From Mobula hypostoma (lineage: Eukaryota): 64,000 nucleotides of DNA. Within the stretch, counting starts at the first letter, position 1, and each line of letters opens with the position of its first letter. Shown in pieces: positions 39,040 to 52,499 of the stretch. The stretch covers positions 148,924,001 through 148,988,000 of the forward strand of contig NC_086104.1 in NCBI RefSeq assembly GCF_963921235.1, read 5' to 3'. The notes beneath the pieces are model-generated. The model saw only the letters and a list, made by a program, of their open reading frames with translations, made no database searches and had not been told where the DNA came from. The translations under genes were made by a program, and so were the position numbers.

Positions 39040-41119
39040 CTGCATGTTTGGACAGAAGTCGCAAGGACTGTAAATTTAGCATTTGGGAGAAAGGTGGTCC
39101 ATATAATTTTTAACAAAAATTACACCTTTGCCATCATTAATGTATGATTGGACTCGCCCAGGTCCAACATATAACACAGCAGGGCAGACTCATCTTGGGA
39201 GTAGCCATCGAATCTCGGACTTGAATCACAGGAAAAACACAGCTCAGCAAGCAAAGAGAATATACACATTCACGTGCGCGCACACACACTTAAGAACATC
39301 GCTAAACACCAGTGAATTAACCATATTAAAGAAAGAAAGTTAAAAATCCTTAGCTTTATTTGTCACCTATATATTGAAACATCCAATGAAATGCATCATC
39401 TGCGTCAATGACCAACAGAGGCAGAAGATGACCAATAGAAGGGAGAAGGCAGGAGTTTGGGGGAAATGGATCAGCCATGATGAAATGGTAGAGCAGACTG
39501 GATGGTTGGAGAATGTGTTGGAGACCGCCTGCAAGTGTCAGCATGTTTCCGGCACCAACGTTATCATGCTCACAACTTACTAACTCGAACCCTCTGTATT
39601 AGGAATGTGGGAGGAAACCAGAGCATCCAGAGGAAAGCCATGCGGTCACAGGAAAACACTGTCCTTCCAGACAGTGGTGGAATTGAACCTGGAATGCTGG
39701 CATTGTAAAGCGCCATGCTAACCATTACACTACCTTGCTGCCCACAGAAGAGAAGACATATGCAACTGAAACCACATTAAAGATCACCATGAATTGCTAA
39801 CTAACTTGCAGATATGTTCACATCAGTGGAGTGGCAGCACTGCATTATATCATTAATTAAGCATCGTGGTAACATTCTTGTAATTAAAAATAACTAGAAC
39901 TACAACTAAACCAGTTTATCACATTCACTGAATTTTTAGTAGCTTGGACCGGCTCCTTTATCCAAATATTGGCCCCACTTTACTCTTAAAATTGCCTATC
40001 TATGATGTCTGTTTTGCCCTTGTTGTAGCACTTTGCTTAGATCATGTGGTAATGCATGTGACTGACCAAAGTTGGTTAGGTTATTGATCTGATATGTTAA
40101 CTATTTTGTTCTCTACAGGTGTTGCTTTACCTGCTGAGTTTTTCTAACACTTCAAAGTTCAAAGTAAATTCATTATCAAGGTATGTGTATGTCACCATAT
40201 ACTACCCTGAGATTCATTTTCTTGCTGGCATTCACAGAACAAAGAAATACTACAGAATCACAAAGACTGACAAACTGTGCAATAACATAAACATAATAAT
40301 AAAATATAAATAAGTTAAAAAAAAAGCAAATAATACCGAGAACACGAGTTGTAGCGTCCTTGAAAGTATCAATAGGCTGTGGAATCAGTTCGGTGTTGAG
40401 GTGAGTGAAGTTAGCCACACTGGTTTAGGAGCCTGATAGTTGTTGAGGGGTGATAACTGTTCGTGATCCTGGTGATGTGGGACCTAAAGGTTTCTGTACC
40501 TCCTTCTCGATGGCAGCGAGAAGAAAGCTGGGCCTGAATGGTGGGAGCCCTTGATGATGGATGCTGTTTTCTTGTGGCAGTGCTCCTTGTAGATATACTT
40601 AGTGGTGGGGAGGGCTTTTCCTGTGATGGACCGGGCTATACCCACCACTTTTTACAAGCTTTACTGTTCCTGGGCACTGGTGTTTCCATAACAGGCTGTG
40701 ATGCAACCCGTTATTATGTTCTCCAAAGAAGTTTGTCAAAGTTGTAGATGACATGCCAAATCTGCGCAAACTTCCTAGAAAGTAAAGGTACTGCCATGCC
40801 TTTCTTGTGTACTGGCCCCAGGGCAGATCTCCTGATATGATAACACTAAGGAATTTAAAGTTATTGACTCTCTCCACCTCCCATCCCCCAATGAGGACTT
40901 CCCCTAATAAAGGAGTGCAGAACCAAATGTTTTTAAAAGTTCTTCTATTGCCCATCCCTTTACTAAACTTACACCTTGAATGTAAAAACAAAATCTCTCA
41001 ATAACAGGGAGACAGAAGCAGGTTAAGGAAGTGAGCTGAAAATCTTGAGAAAGTTTCTAAAAGGATATTGTGTCAAAAGATCTACCAGCAGGAAGAGCAA
41101 AGTGGCACTAATCTTATTT

Positions 41120-41199
41120 CAGGGGTTCCCAACCTTTTTTATTCCATGCACCCCTATCATTAACTGAAGGGTCCATGGTTTCCAGGTTGGGCACCCCTG
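41120..41199. mobile_element. hAT-Charlie-type MITE
   Basis: TIRs CAGGGGTTCCCAACCT / AGGTTGGGCACCCCTG. Confidence 0.7.
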
Positions 41200-41307
41200 C
41201 CCTATATCGTCTAATTGCACAGCAAGGGTCATAGTCCTGGACTAGTTTCCTCACTAGCCAATTCCAACACATTTGGCTCCCGGGAGTAGATGATGTAGCT
41301 GGCTTAC

Positions 41308-41457
41308 CTGCTCATTTAGTATTATTGCAGCAACGATGTAACAGACAGTTTTCCGCACGATTACAGGTACCACTTCATCCAGTGGGGAGTCATAGTTCTG
41401 TACCTCCATGCCTTCTCCTTTCAAAAGGAGCTGCAGCTGATTTTCAATCAGATCCAT
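41308..41457 (-). CDS. NUDT18: NUDT18 (Nudix hydrolase 18, 8-oxo-dGDP phosphatase/MTH3) first coding exon
   Basis: MDLIENQ...VRKTVCYIVAAIILNEQ resembles the NUDT18 N-terminus; 150 nt, ends at a CAG|GTAAGC donor, phase 0; pyrimidine tract and AG just upstream of the ATG. Confidence 0.93.
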
Positions 41458-43084
41458 CTCTTAATAAAAAAAAATGCATTTCAAAATGTAAAAAAAAATC
41501 AAGGAAACAAAAAGTAGGCACGTTAAATATATATAGCAGTTACTGAATTGCAGTGGGTAGTTGAAACTACCCAATGCATCACTGGCAGCAGCCTAGCCGC
41601 CATCAAGGACATATGTACAGAACGGTGCAGAAAAGGCTAGCAATGTCATGAAGCATCCCACCCACCCTGCTTATCCCATTCCCATCAGGGAAGAGGCTAC
41701 ACAACATCCACACCAGAACTACTATTCAAAAACAGTCACAACCACCCAAGCTGTCGGACTGATCAACCCCAACCAGCCTAATGGAGGTGCTTAAGTATAC
41801 CCACCCCACCATCACTACATACATACACATCACCTAGCATCACTTTATGTACATAAAACAGTCTATGTATAGAACAGTTACTTGTACATTGTGTTTATAT
41901 TTATATTCATTGTGTTTTATTTCCATTTTTATGCTGCATCGGATCGGGAGTAACAATCATTTTGTTCTCCTTACACTCGTGTAATGACAGATGACCATAA
42001 ACTATCTTGTTTTAAGAGACAACATTGGTTCTTGAAATTAATTGGTAATTGAAGGAAGTTTCTTGAATTACAAAAAAATCCTACAGAAGAAGGTTAGGTA
42101 ACATGTTGGGAGTCACATAGCACAGTAACAGGCCCTTTGGTCCAACTGGTCCCATTTTCCAGGGTTTGGTCCATATCCCTCTGACTCCTTCCAATCCACA
42201 TACCCAAGTAACTTTCAAATGTTGTTAATATACCTGTCTCAACCATTTCCTTTGGCAGCTTCTACCATTCACTGATTGCTCTCTTGATGAAAAAATTGGC
42301 GCTCATGTTCAGAATCAGTCAGGTTTAATACCACTGGCATATGGCATGAAGTTTGTTGTTATGCTGCAGCAGTACAGTGCAATACATAATAAAACTAAAT
42401 TACAGTTAAGTATATACATTAAGTTACATTAAATAAGTAGTGCAAAAAAGAGAAAAAGCAGTGTTCATGGGGTTCTTAAATTTCTGTTCTCACACCGTAA
42501 ACAGATATCGATATGTGTAACTAGGGGGCCGTGCACAATCCGGATCTGATGGAGACAACCGTGAGAAGCGCAGAGGAACATCTGGAATAACTTCTGAAAT
42601 GCCCGCTTTGCTGCCGTTGCTACTGTGCAATCGAGAATCTCAGAGGGGAAGGCCTCAAATCCTCGGCTTTGCCTATTGCCTGTTGCCAGGGCCGGGGTCG
42701 AAGCGCTCAGCAGAGATGGTGCTCGGAGGTTCGGAGTTTTTCAGACGGACTTGGAGTCAAACTGTGGTCGGATGCTTCCAGTATGCTGCACCGGCAAGTT
42801 GGCGGCGCTGGAGGTTCACCGTCTGCGTGAGATGATGGGACTTTCGAGAGACTTTGAGACTTTTACTGTGCCATGGTCTGTTCTTATCAAATTACGGTAT
42901 TGCTTTGCACTGTTGTAACCATGTGTTATAATTATGTGGTTTGTGTTAGTTTTTAAGTCAGTTTGTCATGTGTTTCTGTGATATCATTCTGGAAAAACAT
43001 TTTATCATTTCTTAATGCATGCATTACTAAATGACAATAAAAGAGGACTGCGTGTCCTCATAATCAATGAATAAAATAAACCTT

Positions 43085-44900
43085 GGCCCACTAATCCTGA
43101 TGATTTTATGCACTCCTATAACTTCACTTCTCACTCCTGCACTCCAATGACAAAACATCCACACCTACTCAACCTCTCTCCAAAACTCAGTCCCTTGAGC
43201 CCTGGTTAACATCCTTGTAAATCTCCCCTGCTCCATTTTCATTGTAATGGCATCTTTCCTATAACAGGGTGACCAAAACTGAATAATATTCTAAATGCAG
43301 CTTACCAACACCCTGTACAACTGCAACATAACATTCCAACTTCAGTACTCAGTGCCCTGACTAAAGGCCAGTGTACTAAAAACCTCCTTCGCCACCCTGT
43401 TTACATGCAACGCCACTTTCAAGGAACCACGTACTTGCACTAGCAGGTAACTCTGCTCTGCACCATTCTCCAGGGTCCTACCATTCACTGTGAAAATCCA
43501 TCTTTCCAAAATGCAATACCTCACATTTTCAGAATTAAACTCCATTTGCCATTCTTTGGCTCAGTTACCCAAGCTGTTAAAAATCCCTCTGTAAATCCTA
43601 TAACCACCTTCACTGTCAATGCCACCTATTTTAGTGTTCAGCAAATCTACTAATTTTATTGATAGGATTACCGGTAAGATGGTGGTGCATTTGACCACAG
43701 TGGCCTCTCGGGGGCAGTTTTCGTTTTAAAATGCCTTTCTATGATTGTAAGACTATACTGGACTCTAAGAACAATGGGCACAGCAGGTCTACCGCATCAG
43801 TCATCTGTTCGTTGTTTGGAGCTGCTGGCTAGGGTGAAGGAGCTGGCAAATGGGCCGGGAGAAGGTGAAGCTGGCGGACTGTAACCGTGAGCGACTGTTT
43901 TGGATGTTTCTCTTGTGATCTCAAGACTTGTCAGACATTGATAATGCAAATGCCACAGGCCTGTTTCCTTTGTATGGTGGCGAAACAGGCGGTCTGCGTT
44001 CACCAGCAACTTTGATGTGTGTTGGTCGTAGCAAGGACTAGGCCACAAGCTGGCTTGCCTACTGCTGGAGTCCAGGTGAGATGATGCTTGAGGGAGTGCA
44101 GCCTGGAGTCCATGCTTGGTTGGGAGCTGGCCTCTCCTGTCAGTGCTGCCCTCTGCTATTCCACCAGTGGAACGACAGGCTGGATTGCCAGGAGCTGTAC
44201 CATCGATTTGCATGTCGCTCACGGGCTTGGACTATACATGTGTTTTCTTGCATAACGATGTCTGTCTTTTTGCTCTCTCTCACTATGTTAAACGTATATT
44301 ATGCATCTTGGCCCCAGAGGAACGCCGTCTCATTTGACTGTATCCATGTATGCTCTGAATGATAATTAAACTTGATCTGATTAGATAATTCCTTGTAATT
44401 CTCATGCAAATTATTGCAAAGGATCTAGCAGCTGAGCCTTGGAGAACATCATTATCACAGGCTTCCAGGCTGAAAAACAATCTTCCGCCATTACCCTCTG
44501 CTTCCTACCATCAAATTTTGTATTGTATCTCCTCTTTTCCCATGTGATTTAACTTTTCATAGCACCCCATGTATCATGTGGACTCTTACCACAGAACTCC
44601 TGAAGTCCATAGAGACCACATCTGCCACCTTACTCTAATTGATCTTCTTGTCCTTTCCAAATGGTTGTACACCTTATCCCTCAGAACCCTCTCTGATAAC
44701 TTACTTGTCAATAGTCCTCTGGTTTTCTTTGTGGCCCTTCTTAAATAAAGGCACTATGTTAGTTACCCTCCAATCTTCTGGCCCTTCTCTAATGTTGATG
44801 CATACATCTCAGCCAGGGCTCCTGCAATTACTGCTCTAGCTTCCCACAGAGTCCTTGGCTAAACCTGATCCGGCCCTGGAGATTTACCTTCATATGTTTT
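43085..44900 (-). mobile_element. Decayed CR1 fragment interrupted by a plus-strand non-autonomous element (about 43670-44380)
   Basis: MEFNSENVRYCIL..SLKVALHVNRVAKE CR1 motif; the insert begins AAGATGG and ends in a LINE-type tail. Confidence 0.6.
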
Positions 44901-45279
44901 AAGACATTCAATTCATGCTCATTTTAAAGACGGGTACTCAGCCGGAGCCTGACTTCCTTTTATACCTGCAAATTTTAAAACTCTGCAGACTCCTCACTTC
45001 TGCTGCTAAGAGGCAGGGTCTCAAAAAAACAGCAAGCTCTAATCTGCAAAACAAGTCTTAAAGCAAGTTGTGAATTACCTGATCTCAGTTGGACATCAGT
45101 TTGGCCCTAGAACTGGACTGAATGTCTTGATTGCAGGGAGGGAAATATCCTCAGGATCCTAGCTCCAGACCATTAGCCAACATGAACCAGTGTCTGTAAA
45201 AGAAAAGAAAACTGGATTAAAATGAAGTTCAAAGTTCAAATTTATTATCAAGGTACAAAAACAGGTATGTCACCAGAAG

Positions 45280-45885
45280 AATCAGAATCAGGTTTATTAT
45301 CACCGGCATGTGACGTGAAACTTGTTAACTTAGCAGCAGCAGTTCAATGCAATACACAATCTAGCAGAGAGAGAGAAAAAATAAATAAAATAAAACATAA
45401 ACAAACAAGTAAATCATTTACATATATTGAATAGATTTAAAAGAATGTGCAAAAACTGAAATACTGTGTATTATAATGTCCATTTAGGAATCGGAGAGCA
45501 GAGGGGAAGAAGCTGTTCCTGAATCGCTGAGTGTGTGCCTTCAGGCTTCTGTATCTCCTACCTGATGGTAACAGTGAGAAAAGGGCATGCCCTGGGTGCT
45601 GGAGGTCCTTAATAACGGATGCTGCCTTTCTGAGACACCGCTCCCTAAAGGTGTCCTGGGTACTTTGTAGGCTAGTACACATGATAGAGCTGACTAAATT
45701 TACAACCTTCTGCAGCTTCTTTCAGTGCTGTGCAGTAGCCCCTCCATACCAGACAGTGATGCAGCCTGTCAGAATGCTCTCCATGGTACAACTATAGAAG
45801 TTTTTGAGTGTATTTGTTGACATGCCAATCTCTTCAAACTCCTAATAAAGTATAGCCGCTGTCTTGCCTTCTTTATAACTACATA
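45280..45885 (-). mobile_element. Rex1/Babar-like LINE 3' fragment (one of many such tails, e.g. near 23.5, 24.2, 28.2, 29.3, 40.2, 41.6, 60.0 and 61.3 kb)
   Basis: RCLRKAASVIKDLQHPGHALFSLLPSGRRYRSLKAHTQRFRNSFFPSA plus (CTGATT)n tail. Confidence 0.8.
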
Positions 45886-46729
45886 TGCTACCCTTAGATT
45901 CTAGGGGACATTCACAGTAGAACAAAAAAATACAATAGGATCAGTGAAAATGAGACACAAAGACTGACAATCAATGTGCAAAAGACAAACTGCAAACACA
46001 AAAGAAAAATTTAAACAAATATATTGAGATCATGAGTTGTAGAGGTTTTGAAAGTGAGCCCATAGGAATCATACTACCACCAATATGAACTGACTCAAAA
46101 CTGCATAGAAAGCATCTCATCCAATTACATCATGGCTTGGTAGGGCTCTGCCCAAAACTGCAAGCAACAGCAGAGTTGTGGACACAGTTCAGCACATCAT
46201 GGAAACCAGCTTCCTCTCCATGCATTCTATCTGTACTTGCTGCGGTCTTCGTAAGGCAGCCATCAAAATCACAGACCACACCCACTCTAGACATTTGCTC
46301 ATCTGCCTCCTCCCATTGAGCAGGAGATAATGAAAGATCATTCAGTCTGCTTCACCATTCCATCATGGGTGATTTAATATCCCCTTCAACATCATTCTCC
46401 TGCCTTCTCCACATAACCTTTGACGCCCTCACTAATCAAGAACCTACTGACCTCTGCTTTAAATATAGCCAATGACTTGGTCTCCAATCCCATTTACCTC
46501 TGATTGAACCATATCCCCCTAAACCTTTCCTATCCTTGTAGGAAAGTCAGTTCAGTTTGTTCTCTGTCTTAATCTCAGTCGTCCCATAAGAAATAGGAGT
46601 AGAGTTAGGTCTTTCAGCCCATCATGGCTATTCCAACATTCGCTCTTGGCTGATTTATTTTCCTTCTCAACCCCATTCTCCTGCCTTCTCCCGGAAATCT
46701 TTGATGCCCTTATCAATTAAGTACCTATC

Positions 46730-47029
46730 CGTTAGTCTTGTGAGACCGTGGATCTGTGCCTGGAAAGTCTTCACTCTCCAGGGCACAGGCCTAGGCAAGG
46801 TTGTATGGAAGATCAGCAGTTGCCCATGCTGCAAGTCTCCCCTCTCCACGACACCAATGTTGTCCAAGGGAAGGGCATTACGACCCATACAGCTTGGCAC
46901 CAGTGTCATCGCAGAGCAATGTGTGGTTAAGTGCCTTGCTCAAGGACACAATATGTTCCTTCAGCTGGGGCTCAAACTCACAACCTTCAGGTAGCTAGTC
47001 CAATGCCTTAACCACTTGGCCACGTGCCC
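46730..47029 (-). mobile_element. tRNA-derived SINE with 14-bp TSD
   Basis: Minus-strand head GGGCACGTGGCCAAGTGGTTAAGGC (A box) and GAGTTTGAGCCCC (B-box-like); TSD ATTAAGTACCTATC at 46716-46729 and 47030-47043; interrupts a CR1 tail. Confidence 0.85.
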
Positions 47030-47679
47030 ATTAAGTACCTATCAATCTTCGCTTTAAATATACCCAATGACTTGGCCTCCAAAGCCATCTGTCACAATGA
47101 ATTCCACAGATTCACCACCCTTTGGCTAAAGAAATTTTCCCCCATCCCTGTTTTAAATGAACGTCCTTCTGTTCTGAGGCTGTGCTCTTCAGTCCTAGAC
47201 TCCCCCATTACAGAAAGCATCCTTTCCATGTCCACACTATCTAGACCTTTCATATACCACAGTACATACGATCAGGCTCAAAGACTTCTATCCTGCTCCT
47301 ATGAGACTTCGAACTGCCTCCAGTTTAAGATGGACTCTTGACCTCACAATCTGCATCATCATGGCTTTGCAATTTATTGCCTGACTGTAACTTCTCTCTA
47401 ACCGTAATACTTTTTTCTGCATTCTGTAACTGTTTTCCACTGCACTGTGACTGTAATGAACTGATCTGTATGGAGTGCACTCAAAACAAAGCTTTTCGCT
47501 ATGCCCCAGTACACTTGACAATATAAAGCATCTTACAGCAGCCTTTTGAGGCAATGTAATCCTCATACAGGGTAATAGCTCTCTTTATAACCTCAAAAAC
47601 TCTCGCTTATCTACCAAGATAGGTGTGCGATTTACTTATGTACTTATTGACACACAGCCCTTCTCTCCTCCAACCCCAC

Positions 47680-47950
47680 CCCTTCGCTCTTACACTCCAC
47701 TCTCCACCCCCACATTCCTCCATCCCCACTCCTTCACACACCGTTCTCCACATTCACCCCATCCTCCATCTCCCTTACCCTTCCTATCCCATCCTCCACC
47801 TTCATCCCTCTTCCCTCCCCATCCCAACCTCCACCTTCATCCCTCTTCCCTCCCCTTCCCATCCTCCACCTTCGTCCCTCTTCCCACCCCATCCCATCCT
47901 CCACCTTCGTCCCTCTTCCCACCCCATCCCACCCTCCACCTCACTCTCTT
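47680..47950. repeat. Pyrimidine-rich minisatellite (units like CCCATCCTCCACCTTCRTCCCTCTTCCC)
   Basis: Several 30-36 bp imperfect tandem units directly visible. Confidence 0.85.
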
Positions 47951-47957
47951 TCCTCAC

Positions 47958-48230
47958 CATTTCCCAGCAAAGCTCCGGTACAGCCCAGACCCTGCTGTCA
48001 AGGGACACGGGAACGGAAAAAGCCACTGTCCGCTTCCCGGAGCCGCCATAACGTCATGACGTCTTCCGCGTCTGTGACCTAAACGGAGCGCAAGTCGTCA
48101 CTGGTTAATTCAAATGTCAATCAAAACCAGATTACCGCCTCCTATTGAGTCATTCTCTTCGGGGGGGGGGGGGGGGTGCGTCCAGCAATCGATCTTCCCT
48201 AGGCGTAGGTGTTGAAAATATATGGCTAGC
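47958..48230 (-). promoter_or_regulatory. NUDT18: CpG-rich promoter and probable 5' exon of NUDT18
   Basis: Local CpG enrichment, palindromic ACGTCATGACGT (CRE half-sites), ETS-like CTTCC motifs, ATGGCGGC YY1-like motif, minus-strand donor TG|GTGAGG at 47958/47957. Linkage to NUDT18 is inferred from strand and position. Confidence 0.65.
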
Positions 48231-48232
48231 TA

Positions 48233-50887
48233 GCAGGACAGATCAGAGGGCTTGTCTACTGAGTCCTTATGGGTGGAGCTGAGAAACAGGAAAGGTATGG
48301 CCACATTAGTGGGATTGTATTACAGACCACCCAATAGTCAACGAGACTTGGAAGAGCAAATCTGCAGAGAGACAGCAGACAACTGCATGAAACATAAAGT
48401 TGTGGTGGTAGGGGATTTTAATTTTCCATACATTGATTGGGACTCCCGTACTGTTAGGGGTTTAGATGGTTTAGAGTTTGTAAAATGTGTTCAGGAAAGT
48501 TTTCTAAATCAGTATATAGAGGGACCAACTAGAGGGGACGCAATATTGGATCTCCTGTTAGGAAACGAATTAGGGCAAGTGACGGAAGTGTGTGTAGGGG
48601 AGCACTTTGGTTCCAGTGATCACAACGCCATTAGTTTCAATTTGATCATGGACAAGGATAGATCTGGTCCTAGGGTTGAGGTTCTGAACTGGAAGAAGGC
48701 CAAATTTGAAGAAATGAGAAAGGATCTAAAAAGCGTGGATTGGGACAGGTTGTTCTCTGGCAAAGATGTGATTGGTCGGTGGGAAGCCTTCAAAGGGGAA
48801 ATTTTGAGAGTGCAGAGTTTGTATGTTCCTGTCAGGATTAAAGGCAAATTGAATAGGAATAAGGAACCTTGGTTCTCAAGGGATATTGCAACTCTGATAA
48901 AGAAGAAGAGGGAGTTGTATGAAATGTATAGGAAACAGGGGCTAAATCAGGTGCTTGAGGAGTATAAGAAGTGCAAGAATATACTTAAGAAAGAAATCAG
49001 GAGGGAAGAAAGAAGACATGAGGTTGCCTTGGCAGTCAAAGTGAAGGATAATCCAAAGAGCTTTTACAAGTATATTAAGAGCAAAAGGATTGTAAGGGAT
49101 AAAACTGGTCCTCTTGAAGATCAGAGTGGTCGGCTTTGTGCGGAACCAAAGGAAATGGGGGAGATCTTAAATAGGTTTTTTGCGTCTGTATTTACTAAGG
49201 AAGCTGGCATGAAATCTATGGAATTGAGGGAATCAAGTAGTGAGACCATGGCAACTGTACAGATTGAAAAGGAGGAGGTGCTTGCTGTCTTGAGGAAAAT
49301 TAAAGTGGATAAATCCCCGGGACCTGACAGGGTGTTCCCTCGGACCTTGAAGGAGACTAGTGTTGAAATTGCGGGGGCCCTGGCAGAAATATTTAAAATG
49401 TCGCTGTCTACGGGTGAAGTGCCGGAGGATTGGAGAGTGGCTCATGTTGTTCCGTTGTTTAAAAAAGGATCGAAAAGTAATCTGGGAAATTATAGGCCAG
49501 TGAGTTTAACGTCAGTAGTAGGTAAGTTATTGGAGGGAGTACTAAGAGACAGTACTAAGAGCATTTGGATAGACAGGGGCTTATTAGGGAGAGTCAACAT
49601 GGCTTTGTGCGTGGTAGGTCATGTTTGACCAATCTGTTGGAGTTTTTCGAGGAGGTTACCAGGAAAGTGGATGAAGGGAAGGCAGTGGATATTGTCTACA
49701 TGGACTTCAGTAAGGCCTTTGACAAGGTCCCGCTTGGGAGGTTAGTTAGGAAAATTCAGTCGCTAGGTATACATGGAGAGGTGGTAAATTGGATTGGACA
49801 TTGGCTCGATGGAAGAAGCCAGAGAGTGGTGGTAGAAAATTGCTTCTCTGAGTGGAGGCCTGTGACTAGTGGTGTGCCATAGGGATCAGTGCTGGGTCCA
49901 TTGTTATTTGTCATCTATAGCAATGATCTGGATGATAATGTGGTAAATTGGATCAGCAAGTTTGCTGATGATACAAAGACTGGAGGTGTAGTAGACAGTG
50001 AGGAAGGTTTTCAGAGCCTGCAGAGGGACTTGGACAAGCTGGAAAAATGGGCTGAAAAATGGCAGATGGAGTTTAATACTGACAAGTGTGAGGTATTGCA
50101 CGTTGGAAGGACAAACCAACGTAGAACATACAGGGTTAGTGGTAAGGCACTGAGGAGTGCAGTGGAACAGAGGGATCTGGGAATACAGATACAAAATTCC
50201 CTAAAAGTGTCGTCACAGGTAGATAGGGTCGTAAAGAGAGCTTTTGGTACATTGGCCTTTATTAATCATAATATTGAGTATAAGAGCTGGAATGTTATGA
50301 TGAGGTTGTATAAGGCATTGGTGAGGCCAAATCTGGAGTATTGTGTTCAGTTTTGGTCACCAAATTACAGGAAGGATATAAATAAGGTTGAAAGAGTGCA
50401 GAGAAGGTTTACAAGGATGTTGCCGGGACTTGAGGAACTCAGTTACAGAGAAAGGTTGAATAGGTTAGGACTTTATTCCCTGGAGCGTAGAAGAATGAGG
50501 GGAGATTTGATAGAGGTATATAAAATTATGATGGGTATAGATAGAGTGAATGCAAGCAGGCTTTTTCCACTGAGGCAAGGGGAGAAAAAAACCAGAGGAC
50601 ATGGGTTAAGGGTGAGGGGGGAAAAGTTTAAAGGGAACATTAGGTGGGGGCTTCTTCACACAGAGAGTGGTGGGAGTATGGAATGAGCTGCCAGACGAGG
50701 TGGTAAATGCGGGTTCTTTTTTTTTAAACATTTAAGAATAAATTGGACAGATACATGGATGGGAGGTGTATGGAGGGATATGGTCCGTGTGCAGGTCAGT
50801 GGGACTAGGCAGAAAATGGTTCTGCACAGCCAAGAAGGGCCAAAGGACCTGTTTCTGTGCTGTAGTTTCTATGGTTCTATGGTTCTA
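48233..50887 (+). mobile_element. Young 5'-truncated CR1 LINE (ORF2: endonuclease end plus RT)
   Basis: GLYYRPPNS, GDFNFP, GSSDH, KSPGPD, NYRPVSLTS, YMDFSKAFDKV, KFADD, LVRPNLEYCVQFWSP; frameshift near 49550 and TAG at 49880; (GGTTCTAT)n 3' tail. Confidence 0.95.
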
Positions 50888-51868
50888 GCAACTGAGAACC
50901 ATTTCTTCGGAAATATAAAAAAAAGATGAAGTGCTCAGCAGGTCAGATAGAAGGAAGCAAAGTGGAAAAACTGCCGGGAATCCTTTTCCAAATTATGCAG
51001 GAGCGGTGGTTTCCAATGGTAGAGCAATGATCCAGTTTGGGAGCCAGAGTGGAGAGTCAAGAAGGAGGAGGACAAAACTGAAAATGACAAGGCGATTTGC
51101 AAACAGCAAAAATAGGGGGAAGCAAAGACAAGTAGAAGTTAATTACAGAATTTAAAGGCACTGTATCAAAATTCATGCGGCATGAGTTAGATAAGCAAAC
51201 TAAAGCATAAACGTTCAAATGTGTTTAATCTTATTGTCTTTAAGTTTTGAGGATTTAACATTTAGTGGCAGCCATAAAGACAAGAAGATCTTGTGCACTT
51301 CATTAGGGATTATGCAAGTAGGGAACCGAAAAAAAATGTTGGAGGTTGGAAACATAAAGGACTGCAGATGCTGAAATCTGGCGCAACAAACAAAACTGAA
51401 GAAGAACTCAACTGGTCGGGCTGGAGGGAAGTGGACAGCTGCCATTTCGAGCTGAGGTATTGGAAGTTGTTTCTAAGCCTCTGAAAAAATAAATCAATAT
51501 TTCAATTGAATATCAGAATGCATGCTGTATACCTGAAATTCTTAGTCGTCGCAGACAGAATAAAACAAAGAATACAGTAACAGAAAAATGTTAGAACCCC
51601 AAAGACCCCTCCCCCTCACAAGCAGCAGCAAAAACGTCAACCCTTCCCTCTCCCACTTGCATTGACCCTTCCCCCCAGTGCAAGCAATAGCAAAGTCCCC
51701 CCCCCCAAAAAAATGATCTAGAGTCCATCAAAAATTACAGTCCATAACCAGCACTTCTACTTCTCAGACAGGCTCTCTCTCTCTCACACACTAACGAGGG
51801 AGAGAGAGATCGCTCCTGTGACGAGAGGGGAGACCAGCTGTCTCAAATTGCCGCATCGCTTCTCTATC

Positions 51869-51903
51869 CCCCCACCCCACCCCACCCCACCCCACCCCAC
51901 CCC
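51869..51903. repeat. (CCCCA)n microsatellite
   Basis: About six tandem units visible. Confidence 0.9.
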
Positions 51904-52499
51904 GACTCGGTGAGCTCTCACTCGCCATCAAAAGAGAAAGAGAGGGATCGCTCAAGTGGGATGGAAGCGATGTAGTAAAAGGTGTAAATAAGGACGTTAG
52001 AGTTGTGTATAATCAATAATAAAGTAATCTTCGCGACTTTAAATGACCTGCAGACACAGCAAATCAAATTAGTGCGTACTAACAAAGTAGAGTGTAAATT
52101 GCTGGAATGTATGAATTTTAAAAAGTCAGATGCTTGGACATCGGAATCAGGCTTATTATCATTGCATGTGTCGTGAAATTTGTTTCGTGGCTGCAGTGCG
52201 GTGACAAATTACTATAATTTACAAGCATAAATTGTGTTATATCTTCCAGCATTGGACATTTCTACCCTGGGGAATAATAAAGCAACACACGCAAAATGCT
52301 GGAGGAACTCGGCAGGCCAGGCAGCTACTATGGAAAAGAGTAAACAGTCGACGTTTGGTCCAAGACCTATAATCAGAACTCCTCCAGCATTTCGTATACG
52401 TTGCTTTGAAACGCCAGCATTGTCAAATTTTCTCGTGTTTGGAATAATACACTATTTATTTTGTGTGTGTTTTTTTTAGGTTAACAAACGGGATAGAGC

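Noticed and set aside
46955-47029. tRNA gene
   Set aside because: It is the head of a TSD-flanked SINE; degenerate B box and no acceptor stem closure seen.
47623-48059. Pro/His/Ser-rich ORFs
   Set aside because: Translation of a pyrimidine-rich minisatellite.
48252-50686. Long ORFs (458, 105 and 265 aa) as host genes
   Set aside because: They are consecutive pieces of one CR1 ORF2 broken by a frameshift and a stop.
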